Shown here: positions 13,270-24,300 of the stretch, one piece after another
Numbering within the stretch: position 1 is the stretch's first letter
Layout: each line of letters opens with the position of its first letter
Source: Pseudovirgaria hyperparasitica
Lineage: Eukaryota
NCBI GenBank assembly: GCA_010093815.1
Contig: ML996574.1
DNA length: 64,000 bases
Strand: one strand, 5' to 3'
The notes under the pieces: generated by a model
Seen by the model: the letters and a program-made list of their open reading frames with translations, nothing else
The model's database searches: none
What the model was told of the DNA's origin: nothing
Made by a program: the position numbers and the translations under genes

Positions 13270-16200
13270 TAAGATACTCTATAGACTTTGCATACTTCTA
13301 GACTTAAACTATGATAACTATAAATCCCACCGACCCTATCGACTAACATCCACAACCAGTGGAGTGCCCTAATTAAATTCCAGAATGGCATTCGTAATTT
13401 CATACGCCCCCTCTCGCCGCTTGCGCTATAGCTAACGGGCTAATTCACTAGAGTCCCATGCACCTTCTCTTATTACCATTGGTAGTTAGCCCGTTTTCGA
13501 AATTCCAAACCCTTCCAACCGGGTAGCCTATCGTCTAGATAGGTGGACTACCATTACGCTAAGAGCTCAATATAAACCGAATTTCTATACGCACTTAATA
13601 TTTCCCGGGAGCCGACGGAACCCTAGTTGTCCCTCCGGTCTAGGCTCCCACCATAGATATAGAATTTATGGCCAGTGATAGGTGAAGCAGTACACGTGTT
13701 TAGGCATGACATCACTCTTTCGCATTTAGTCGGCCAGTACACGCTCAACCATGTCTATAAGTCGTCTGTTGTCTAAGTAGTGCGTAGTATAGACTCTACT
13801 ATTAGTACCGCATGCATCGCAATAACTAGCCCACCATCGTCTCTACTCGGATAATGACTGGACGAGACTTATATATTATCTATTTTATAGACGACGTTCT
13901 TATGCTACCAGTTTCATGGACTATTATTATATGAACATTCGTTAATTATAAGTGTCCTCGCCCACGCAATCTTCGTCCGGACGCGCACTAGGAAGTTCTA
14001 ATACCCGCCCTTTCGCTGGTCTTCCTGCCTCGCCTATACTATTACCATATATACGTGCTCGTTTCATCTTATTCCACGTGCAAGGCGGCTAGCGCGACGG
14101 TTAATCGGTCTAGGGTAGGTCGGGTTAACTATTTAAGGAACCCACGGGCGAGCTACTAGGAAGGTCTAGGATCGCCAATTCTAGATCCTCCTAGAGGGTC
14201 TCTAAATGTAGCAGGAATATCGATAGGGTAGGATCGTACACATCGCACTTCTCTTTAACCCCGTCATAGCTCTTTCTACCAAACGACCCGTCGAGATACT
14301 CGTCTAGAAACACCCTACGACACCCTGTCTAGTTCATGTAAGCAAGTGTTATCGCGTCCTTAGTAGTGGCTTCTCCTATCTTTACGAAGATAGCGAGGCT
14401 TCTCGTTAGGTGGTCGCGACCGGCCCGGCCGCTTTCTTATACATAGTCCAGGAATGAAGAAGGAGCGCCTAAGTATATCACGACGCGAATGGCAGCCAGG
14501 TCAACACCTAGGCCGAGAGCGTTTATAGCAACCATGATACCTTCTTCTTTAGCGATAAATCCGTTAAGGATCTACTCCTTAGCTATACTCTCTCGATAGT
14601 ACGCATCATAACCAAGCTCCCCTACGAGGCTAATAGCTTACGTGACCATAGGCGTGAAGACGAGACATCTACCGGTAATGCCCTATCTAACACGTCGCAC
14701 GTATTCCGCTTAACTACGGGTACCTCGAGCCTTCTTAGGTAGGCTCCCAAGCGTATACACAATATTAGGCCGAGTTATAGCTTCGCGGTAGATGAACACA
14801 TCTCTAGCGTTCACACGTATGGCTTTCCATAGCCCTGCTTCATCATCGGGTGGCAGGGTTGCACTTAGAAGTATAATCTACATCTCTAGGTCGACCATTA
14901 TTTAGATGTCGCGAAAGGCCGGCCGGAACTGGTCGTTATTAATGATATAGTGGCACTTATCGACAATCACACGGTCGAGTAGTCCTAGGCTGTTTATATA
15001 GTTCATGAACTGCATGAACGGTTCGCCTTTTATAGACTCGGGCGTAATAATAATAATAGACGTCCCGTAAGGGGGGTGCGTAGAGTCGAATGCTTCTATA
15101 GTAATACCACCATTATAATAACGGCGGATAAGGTCATCTCGAAGGGCCTTTAGCGGGATAATAACTAGTATTACTCCGTCTAGTACCATTAACGTAGCCA
15201 ACATGAAAGGTAGACTTTTACCTAAGGTAGTCGGCTATATAACTAGTATCGGACTACGGCCTTCGACTAGCCCGGTAAATACCTTTTCTTATTAGGGTCG
15301 CATTCTAGCGTTTTCGTCACGGAGTACGACCTTAACAGCCTTATACGGGTCCTTCTCCCGGAGTGCAGCCTAACGGTAAGCCCGTGCTTATGAAATTCGC
15401 GTCTAGCTAGGCGCAACCTTATTGAATACAGGCACCCCGATCTCGTGCTGCTATACGCGACTAACCTAGAAGTACCTCTCTATTGCCGTCTTTGCCGCAC
15501 TAAACGGGCTACTTATATCACGACTATACGCGATCTAGGCAATCTTTATACTATAACCAGCTTACTTATTAAGAATAGCGGTTAGACTATTATCTCGGGT
15601 ACCCGGATTCTGGTCCTCGTCCTATAGACCATCCTTATCGGCCTCGTCCACATGGTTAATCTCGTACTTCTGAAGCTTGCGCTTTATAATTATAATCGCG
15701 ACTTAACGATAGTCTATGATACCCATGTTAACTACTCCTATACTAAGATATATCTATTCCCTTATCGCATGGCTTATGCGCTCGCTAGTCTAGTACGGCG
15801 ATAGCTATATATATATAGGGACGACTGTCTATGTTAGATCCATGAATCTCTCGAGTTGTTCCTTCCACGGGATGACTAACCAAAGATACCATGTTAGAAT
15901 ATTATATACGACCGGCGGTAGATATCGAAGAATCAGGCGGATATCTCCTTTACGTGTATACCCTTTATGGTACTTTGTCATAATGCAAAGCTTATTACCA
16001 TAAAGAATAATATTACGTATATCACCCTGTCGCGTATTACGGTACCGTATACTTAGGATTTCTGGTCCGCGTGCAGGCTGTCCAGCTATTATATAGATAA
16101 GAATAAGTAGCTGACTAAGAAAGACTCGAATCTATTCGAGCCAGTCTTATACTTTTTATATATCTAACTCTCCTCTAGTAAAGAATGCTAACTATATATT

Positions 16201-17976
16201 CTAGTCCTTTTTAACTCGCCTTCTAAACCATAAGGACTACTTCTAGAGGCACGCTAACTAAAGGAAGCTATACCCGATTATGTTATCAGCCGTATTATCC
16301 GTGAGTGACTACCATGGGATTACTAGTGCTCCCTCTATAGAAGATAGTAGAAGAATATTAGTATATAATGTTCGCGCTGTTCGATTTATTAAGCTAGAGA
16401 CCATCCCTCTAAATGCATTTATTGGAATTGTATATGCATTATACGTAAGTGTATCATCAACCCACTATATCTTTGCGTCTATGGCTGTGTTACCCACGAT
16501 TTTAAGACCGTAAGCTCTAAGTTATATCTACTATCCAACTACACCGCGACTACCGCGGAGGAGATACTAGTTAATAAATGGTAAGAGATATCCGAGGACA
16601 TCTATAGTACCACCCGCTTACTTATGGAAGACTTCCTAGATGGCCTACTCAAGGATAATAAGGCGGGAGAACTTAATAAGTGCTAATAGAGTAGACGTAT
16701 AGTTCTATGGTGAAAGGAAGCCCCCGTTTCGATCTACATATAGTAGGCCGGATAATGGGACTAGTACGGCCTCGAATAAGTGCATATGTGGCGTCTATCG
16801 TAGTAATATAATAATAAGCTATATATAAAGGTAGGCGATGCGAGAAAGAGGGCGGGTTTAGATACTAAACACCTCGTATAGTTTTGCCCGACGTGTTTCT
16901 AGATCCCACTCGCTAAGATTACCTTCTACTCCACGATAGTCGTTGGTTACGCTCGTCTCGGGTTTAGAGTCGGAGCTACTATCACTCTCGCCGGATGGCT
17001 ATTCCGTAGTGATATAGTCCAGAAGCCGAGTAATACACGCCTTAGTCTTAGCGTTAAAGACTAAAGCCGGGAGGTAGTAGGGATTCTAGTACACTTGGAT
17101 GGCCCCGATAATAAGACGCTAAAGATGCTTCGAGTAATCGCGGAATATTTTCTAGTTCCGATAACGTGCGAGAGGTTACTATAGCCCGGGCTCTATTATA
17201 GAACGCGCTACTTCTAGGCATAGTAGTCTATCGTAAGCGCCTACTGTCTCATAGGCTTAGTAGAATAGAACTCTTAGACTAGATAATACTATCTTCAGCG
17301 GCCCTTCGGTAGGCACCTCTAGGATATCGGTAAGTGCGAGGACATCCATGCCTTAGAAGTAGTTAATGAATTTTATACGTTCCAGCCATGGATCAACTTC
17401 GTCGATAGCGCCGGTTTATACTATACGACCTTCGTCTTTAAGGACGTTCTGCTAATTTAACTAGAGCTAATCGAGTATAGTGTTAATTAGTGTACGAGTG
17501 TATGTAGTAGTACGTGTTATAATCGGGATAAGGCGGTTCAACCGGCCTATATTATATAGGCATTAGTATGGTACATTATCTCTATATCCACGTGTCTTAT
17601 CGTCCGCTCTAGGTGGAGCCCCCCTACGCCCATTGAAGAACGCTATATGTTCGTTTTTAATGTGTGATTTAAGATTCTTTAAAAGGCCAAGAACTAATCC
17701 GTAGTTCTCGATAATGCATTAGAACCCTCTCTTAACCGGAATATACCTTATAGGCCGTGATAGGGCAGCGGGTATTCGAAGGTCGTCGATTATAGTGGCG
17801 GTATGACTAAGCGAGTAAATATGGCTTTTAATAATCTTACGATACTTCGGTCTCATTCCTCGGTATTCTTAAAGGAGGTGGCGGTCTAGCGCGGATGGGA
17901 GGATGGCGCGCTTGTAATCTCGATAGATGATTACTCCGGTGTCAAGGTCGACGACTAGTAGTAAATCTACGGACAT
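13270..17976 (-). pseudogene. Element gene D: Zn-finger/DUF3505-like + tyrosine-recombinase-like + RecQ helicase + C-terminal Cys-rich fusion (telomere-linked-helicase type), ~1,550 aa; RIP-broken
   Basis: N-terminal GVII(C)RD(C)KRAILPSALDRH. Central GQPARGPEILSIRYRN...TKYHKG...LRYLP...DYR*...*AG(H)S...AY. RecQ motifs PTTLGKS, VIVD(K<E)CH, LLSATLPP, ALGLGVD, *ESGRAGRD, then CRR..LDEYLDG...CDV(C). 3' end approximate. Confidence 0.85.
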
Positions 17977-18218
17977 CTATATATATTCGTATAGTGTTAG
18001 TAGGTTAGCGTCGGGAGTAGACTATGATATATATAATTATGTTCCTATAGATGGGTGTGGAAACGGCGATTCTAGACGGCTCTAGAGTAAGGAGTTTTCA
18101 GGTCCTTTGGTTTTCGACGGCCGTGCCGTAGGAAATCAATAGCTGCCACTAGCCCCGATCTTTAGCTAAGGTGTTCCACTATTAGTGTAGTCGCTACTGA
18201 ATTAGTGTATTTCATTCT

Positions 18219-19811
18219 CTAATCTACCTCATCATTATCTATAGTGCGCATGTCCTATGGCGTACTTAGCCCCAGGCTATGGTCTTATAGATTAATTAGA
18301 TTTATAAACTACTCTAGCGCTATATTCGTAATATTTTCCGAGGTTATTCTCTCGATCGGGAACTGCCTAGGTGGCGCAATGTCTCCATTCAAAATCTAAT
18401 GTAAATATGGCTTAATACCATAATAAAGTCGTCTAAGCCATGGATAACATCGGTCTACGAGGCCTAGGAAGTCCTCTAGTATACTAACCCTTATCTTCTA
18501 GAAGAAAGAGTCCGTAATTTCGGGTGGTAGTAGAACGAATAACCCGTCGCCAAACCTCTTGCGGATTAACGCCTAGTGCGCGCCATGACTTAACCAATCG
18601 TTCATTTATTTCCACTGTCTTGTCCGCTTAAAGGCCTCCCCTTACTATGTACATATGTCGATATCTAGGTCCTGCGGTTATTCTAGACTTGGCGCATGAT
18701 CTTCCATGAGTTAATTAATACGGGCATATAGGCGAGCCTTTATAATTGACCGGATGCCTTGCCTAGTGCTAAGGGTGAATATGCGGTCTATTTTTAGTGC
18801 CTCCTTAGCAGCGTTTATAGCTTCATATATATCCGCGAGTACTAGGCGACGTCTAATCCCGATAAGACGCGATGTGTGTACTAGCTTAACGATCTTAAAG
18901 TAGAGTGTACTAGCCTGGTCTATGAATATACGCACTAAGCGTTCCCTAGTCGACGTTATATCCCTAATAATAACCTATAGGGGATTAAGGCTATGAGGCG
19001 CTATGTCTACCGTCTTACCGTCTCGCCATTCTTATAGTAGTAATCTAAAGTAAAGTAGCGTTAACGGTGAACCGATCTCTAATACGCGATTAAGGAGTTG
19101 TCTAACCATGTTTGTATCTTTAGGGAAGTATTATAATATGCCTATCTAATGAAGATAACTTGTATTTACACGGAGCTATGCTTCATGTTCGTTCCGTGAC
19201 GACGGGCTATCGGGGTTAGTAAATGGCTCCATAACCTCCCTAAGCATAGCCTCATGCTTTGCTCTTAACTTAGCCCGGATTTTATTACTTACCCTCGTGG
19301 TCGTTAGCGGAGTTCTCGTAGTTAACTATTCGTTCTAGTTAGATGCATCGTTACGGCGCCGCTTTCTAGGGGTATATATAGACTAACGCTCTTCTTCGTC
19401 GTCCTCTTCTCGCTCTTAATCGGTATTATAGGCTATTATCTCTGGTTGCGCTGGTACTATACGAAGAGCTACCGTGGTGCTAGGAGTTATATAAGATTAT
19501 TAAGAGGGTAGGGGAGATGTCGGAGGCGGCAGGCATGTGTTAGGAACGAAATCGTCTTCTTTATCGTTATTAGGCGAGTTATTATTCATATTAGTAACGT
19601 ATAAATGGGCTGGAATCTATTGCTCGTTCAGCTAACGAGCCGCTACCTCTAGTAATTATACGATAAATAGTGGCGGGCTAGGAAACGATAACGGTCGGAA
19701 GAAGGCGGCTTAAGCTCTATCGCTCCCGCCGATGGGGAAAAGTTTAAATATAATGTCCCATGCTTAACGTATACCATCTATATTAGGAAGCGGTACTAAG
19801 GGGGGTGCCAT
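18219..19811 (-). pseudogene. Element gene E: ~530-aa unknown protein with Pro/acidic N-terminal half; RIP-broken
   Basis: A single frame runs from ATG 19811 (MAPPLVPLP...) and includes ORF 18711-18935 and WLSHGAH*ALIRKRFGDGLFVLLP. Only TAA/TAG interruptions. Confidence 0.6.
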
Positions 19812-20249
19812 AGCTTATAAAGTTCGTGAGTAGTAGAATGGATTAGAATCGGCGATTCTAGAGGTGTCTTAGAGTACGCGATTCTATAAGGATTACTAAG
19901 GTCCTTAGACGTATGCGTAGGTCGGCGTGTAGCATACCTAGGTACCGATCGCGCACGGTTGGGAAAATCAAAGTGAAAATCGCGAAAAATGCGTAGTTTT
20001 CATGCATATTCTTCGCCACCCCCTCCGTGAAAATGATAATTATAAGTTAGCCAGACATAACTTTTGACCATGCGATTTCTTAATATATAAAAATTATTCG
20101 GATGTAGGCGTGGGAAGGGCTGCCTTTCGACTCTGCCTTACGGTGTCTTTCGACTACCTAGTTTTTCTACCAAGAGTCGTGCATGGTTACCGCCTAGGCC
20201 CGTGCAACGTTCTTTCGTATATCGAAAGAACGGCTCCTGATTGTTAGAT

Positions 20250-20810
20250 TCTAATAAAGTATATTATTTTAACGACGCTCTAATAGCTTCTACTATTTCT
20301 CTAGACGCTCTAGACGCGTAAAGGCGGTCTAAGCGCTCTACTAAGCTTTTCGCTAAGTAGCGGCCGTATATTCTTTCTCTAACTTAAGATAAGTCTTTTT
20401 AGAACGAACCTTCTTATCTAGAAATATTACTTACTAGCTCTAATAAGAGGAAAGGGAACTTATAAGATAATTTACTTAAAGCCTTAATTCTATACTTACT
20501 CCCTAAGTAACTCTAATAAATATACTCTAAACACTTATTAGACTTTACGAATACCGCCCTATAAGTTAAACTATATTTCTTATAGAATAAGTAAGGGAAA
20601 GGTATTTCGTTACCTTTATAATTAATTAAAATAGATAAAGTAACTCTTCGTTTCGCTAGATTAGATTTAGGAGACTTAACTAATTTTATAACTCTAGATA
20701 TAACGGAAGAAAAGGAAGAAGGGCTCCTTACCGAAGAAAATTAGAATAACCCTCTATTTATAAGTAACTATAGAAGTACTTTAGGACGAAGTACCTTAGA
20801 AGGGGTATTA
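20250..20810 (+). mobile_element. 3' internal fragment of an LTR retrotransposon ending in a polypurine tract
   Basis: ...ttaggacgaagtaccttagaaggggta lies just before an LTR-like repeat, resembling Gypsy 3' ends. No protein motif recognised with confidence. Confidence 0.5.
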
Positions 20811-21232
20811 TATAATAAATTACTAGCTAGAGCCATAGAAGGATACGTAGACTCTAGTACGAGTAGTATAAGAGGTAGTATAGTACGTAGGAGAGGTGCC
20901 TATAATATAATAGATAGCCTTAGGTAGTAACCTAAGGCTAAGATAGATACCTATAGAAAGAGCTAATTATAGGTACTTAGAATAGGTATTCTAAGTAGTC
21001 TATATAGTAATTAGGAATAGAACCTTAATATTCTAAGTAACGTACTAAACGCTTAGAATAAGTATTCTAATTAGAAGACCTTAGTAGAACTATATAGACC
21101 CTTTAGACCTAACCTCTAGAGATAGTTCTATAGTAATTAATTTAAACTTATACTAATACAATTACTACTTCACTCGTCTACCAGCTAGTTACCATTTATA
21201 CCCTATTAATACTTACTATAAACCTACTTACA
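20811..21232 (+). repeat. LTR family A, copy 1 (~422 bp)
   Basis: Begins tataa (TGTAA after RIP) and ends ttaca. Near-identical inverted copy at 31886-32307. Confidence 0.8.
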
Positions 21233-21339
21233 CTCCTCTAAGCCTTCTAAGTACCTTTACCTTAAGAAAAGCTAGAATACTCTATATAATGGACTACTTA
21301 AGGGATAGACCGTATCCTCCTCTAGGAAGGTTTATTATA
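21233..21339 (+). repeat. 3' fragment of LTR family B
   Basis: Reverse complement aligns with 31203-31310 (tataataaaccttcct...tagagtattctagcttttct...cttagaaggct). Confidence 0.75.
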
Positions 21340-24300
21340 CTATCTATAGATAATAGGCTATTAATAGTTGGTAGTTCGTTCTAAGCTATCGTACTAGGCT
21401 TTTCTAAAAATTTAATATAAAGAGCTTATCTCTATTAGATATAATACTATTAGATAAACTATAGTTTACTATAACTACTTATAGAAATATATAGACTATT
21501 TCTTCTACGTCTATATTCTTTTAATAGAGTATAAAGTAGGCGTACTTCGTAAGTTTATTAACTACTACTAGTATAGTATTATACTATACTTATAAAACTA
21601 GTTCTCTTAAGAGTAGTAGATCTATTATAAAGTCTATAGAGATTATTTCCTAAGTATATAATAGTAGGGGAATTAGTTAAAGTTCTCCGTATAGTTTATA
21701 TCTATTAGATTAGCTTTTACTATATAGAATATAGTTCTATATAACTTCCTTAATTACTTATCTTTCCTTATAAGTTATATAGTATCTCTTAAATCTTTTA
21801 TAAGTTTTTATTTCTCCTTAATATCTATATATTAGGTCTTTATAGAACTCTTTAATAAAATAGTAGGCCTTATCCCTTAGAATTATACTCCTTCCCTTAG
21901 AGTTCTTAAGTATAAATTCTTTCCGTATTACTATAATATATTACGTTAGTTTAAGGTTTTCTTCTTTAGTAATCTCTAATATAGTCTATTCTATAGTAGG
22001 TTCTTTTCGCTTATATTCTACTTATTAGCTAAGGGCGTTAGCTCTTCCGTTTTTAGATCCTTTATAATATATAATTTAGATATTAAATTCTATAAGAAGC
22101 TTATACTAACTAATTTATTTCTTTTAGAGTTCTTTCGTAGTAGTAAAGGTAGTTAGATTTTTATAGTTAGTATATACTTTTACTATATAGTCTAATCTAT
22201 AGAGGTAGCTTCTCTATTCCTTAAGATACTTAATTATAATATAGAGTTCTTTTTTATAGATTAGCTAATTTATTTCTAATCCTCGGAATTTTTAGAAGTA
22301 GAATACTATAGAATATCTTTTCTCTTATTTATCTATCTAGGTTAACTACCCTCTAATAGTAAATTCTAATATATCTATCTCGACTTTATAGGGTTTTTCT
22401 ATTTAATATATCTTTAATATAGGTTTAGTTATAATAGACTCTTTTAATTATTAAAATACTTATTCTTACTTTAGTCCCTATTTAAATATTATATTCTTCT
22501 TTATAAGCTTATATAATAGAGCCGTTTTTATAGAATAGTTATATATAAATTATCTATAAAAGTTCATAAATCCGGTAAATCCTCAGATTTCCTTAACTAT
22601 CTTAGATTATTTCTAGTTCTTAATAGCCTTAATCTTCTTTAGGTCTATTTATATTTCTCTAGATATAATTTTAAATTCTAAAAATATAACTTTCTATATA
22701 TAGAAGATACTCTTCTTTAATTCTACTAGTAGATTTACTATCTATAATTTCTAAAGTACCTTATATATATATTCTCTATACTCTAATAGATTTCTTAAAT
22801 AAATTAATATATTATCTAGATAGACTATTATAAAGTAGTTAAGGTATTCTCTTAGTATATTATTAATTAGTACTTAGAATATAGCTAGTATATTAGTTAG
22901 CCTAAATAGTATTACTAGATATTTATAGTAGCCGTATTAAGTCCGAAAAGCTATTTTCTATTTATCTTCTTCTACTATATATATAAGATTATATACTTCT
23001 TATAAGTCTATTATAGTAAAGTACTAAGCTTCTATAAGTTAGTTCTATAATGTATTAATTTAGGGTAGAGGGTATCTATTTTTAATAGTAATATTATTTA
23101 AGTATTAATAGTCTATATAGAGTTATTTACTCCTATCTTTCTTTAGTATAAAGAGTATTAGATATTCTATAGATAATTTAGAGGGTCGGATATATTCTTT
23201 TACTTCTATTTTCTTAATATATTATCGCGTTATCTCTAGTTATTTTTTAGTAAGTCGGTATATACTTTTAAACGTAGATACTATTTCTAGTTAGAGTATT
23301 ATTATATAATTATACGGGCTACGCTTTAGTAGTCCCGTCTTAAGTTCTTCTTTAAAGATAATATAGTATTAGTAGTATTTCTTTAGTACGAGTACGTTAT
23401 TTATTTTTTAAATCTATTTATCTATAGATATATCTTATTATACTATATATTTCTTACGTAAGGGTCCGCTCTTTATATTACCTTACTTATTATTAAGCTT
23501 CCGAATATAGTAGATAGACTTCCTAATTATTAGCGCCTTTATAGATTTATTAATCTCTATCTCTTCTTTAATAGTTTCTAAGGGTCTTAATATTCTCTAG
23601 GGTATAATTTCCTTAGTTTTCTAGTTAATTATAGGGTTAACTTCTTTAAGCTATAGTATTTCTAGAATTAAGTCGTATTATTCTAGCTCCGCTATATCTA
23701 GTTATAATTATTAGTATTCTACTATTAAGACTAAATCTAGAGGTTCTATTTCTAAGTATAATAATAATAATAATATTAGTAAACTAGGTAGAGTACCACT
23801 CTATAGGCGCATGCCTCCTCTAGTCTAAGCTACTATATAAGAAGAAACCTACGAATAGGAAAAACTCCCTTATATCCATAACTACGCTCTATCTATCCTC
23901 TCGTTCTTTATATATATATAGCCCTAGGGGCTACCTATGGGCCTATAGCCTATATTATAATAGTTTACCCTTAGGTAGCACGTATAGATACGGAGATTAT
24001 TAGTTAAGGGCTACCCTTAACTAATAATCGCGGTTCTCCCGGGGTTCTTCCGACGTATACCGGGGTTCTTCTAGTATATATTAGGCTTCTTCCGGTATAT
24101 ATACGCGGGTCTACTAGAACTAGGGGAGAGGAAGGTATATAAGCATCTATCGGGCGACGTCCTTAGAGTACTTATTAAGCTATCGTGTAATATCGGAGGT
24201 CCTCGTTATATAGACGAGGGCTTATCTTAGGATATAGAGGCTAGAGCACGTCGCGAGGTAGTGGCGTATTATACCTCTCCGGCCGCAGTCCTCGCACTAG

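Larger units (their letters stand above)
3540..20250 (-). mobile_element. Candidate giant DNA mobile element (~16.7 kb) encoding a YR-RecQ fusion, a SNF2 ATPase and three unknown proteins; RIP-inactivated; ends approximate
   Basis: Coherent, moderately RIPed block between more heavily RIPed DNA. Five head-to-tail minus-strand frames, tyrosine-recombinase-like motifs and ~15 copies of a 19-bp palindrome. RIP implies the sequence is or was repeated. Confidence 0.65.

Noticed and set aside
4427..19861. Palindromic repeats as a CRISPR array
   Set aside because: Irregular spacing (54 bp to ~4 kb), embedded in genes, eukaryotic context, no cas genes.
3540..20250. Canonical Starship, Helitron or AcademH assignment
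   Set aside because: I recognised no DUF3435-type first gene, no HUH Rep/Pif1 motifs, and no DDE transposase or TIRs; both helicases are SF2. Being cargo of a larger Starship is not excluded.
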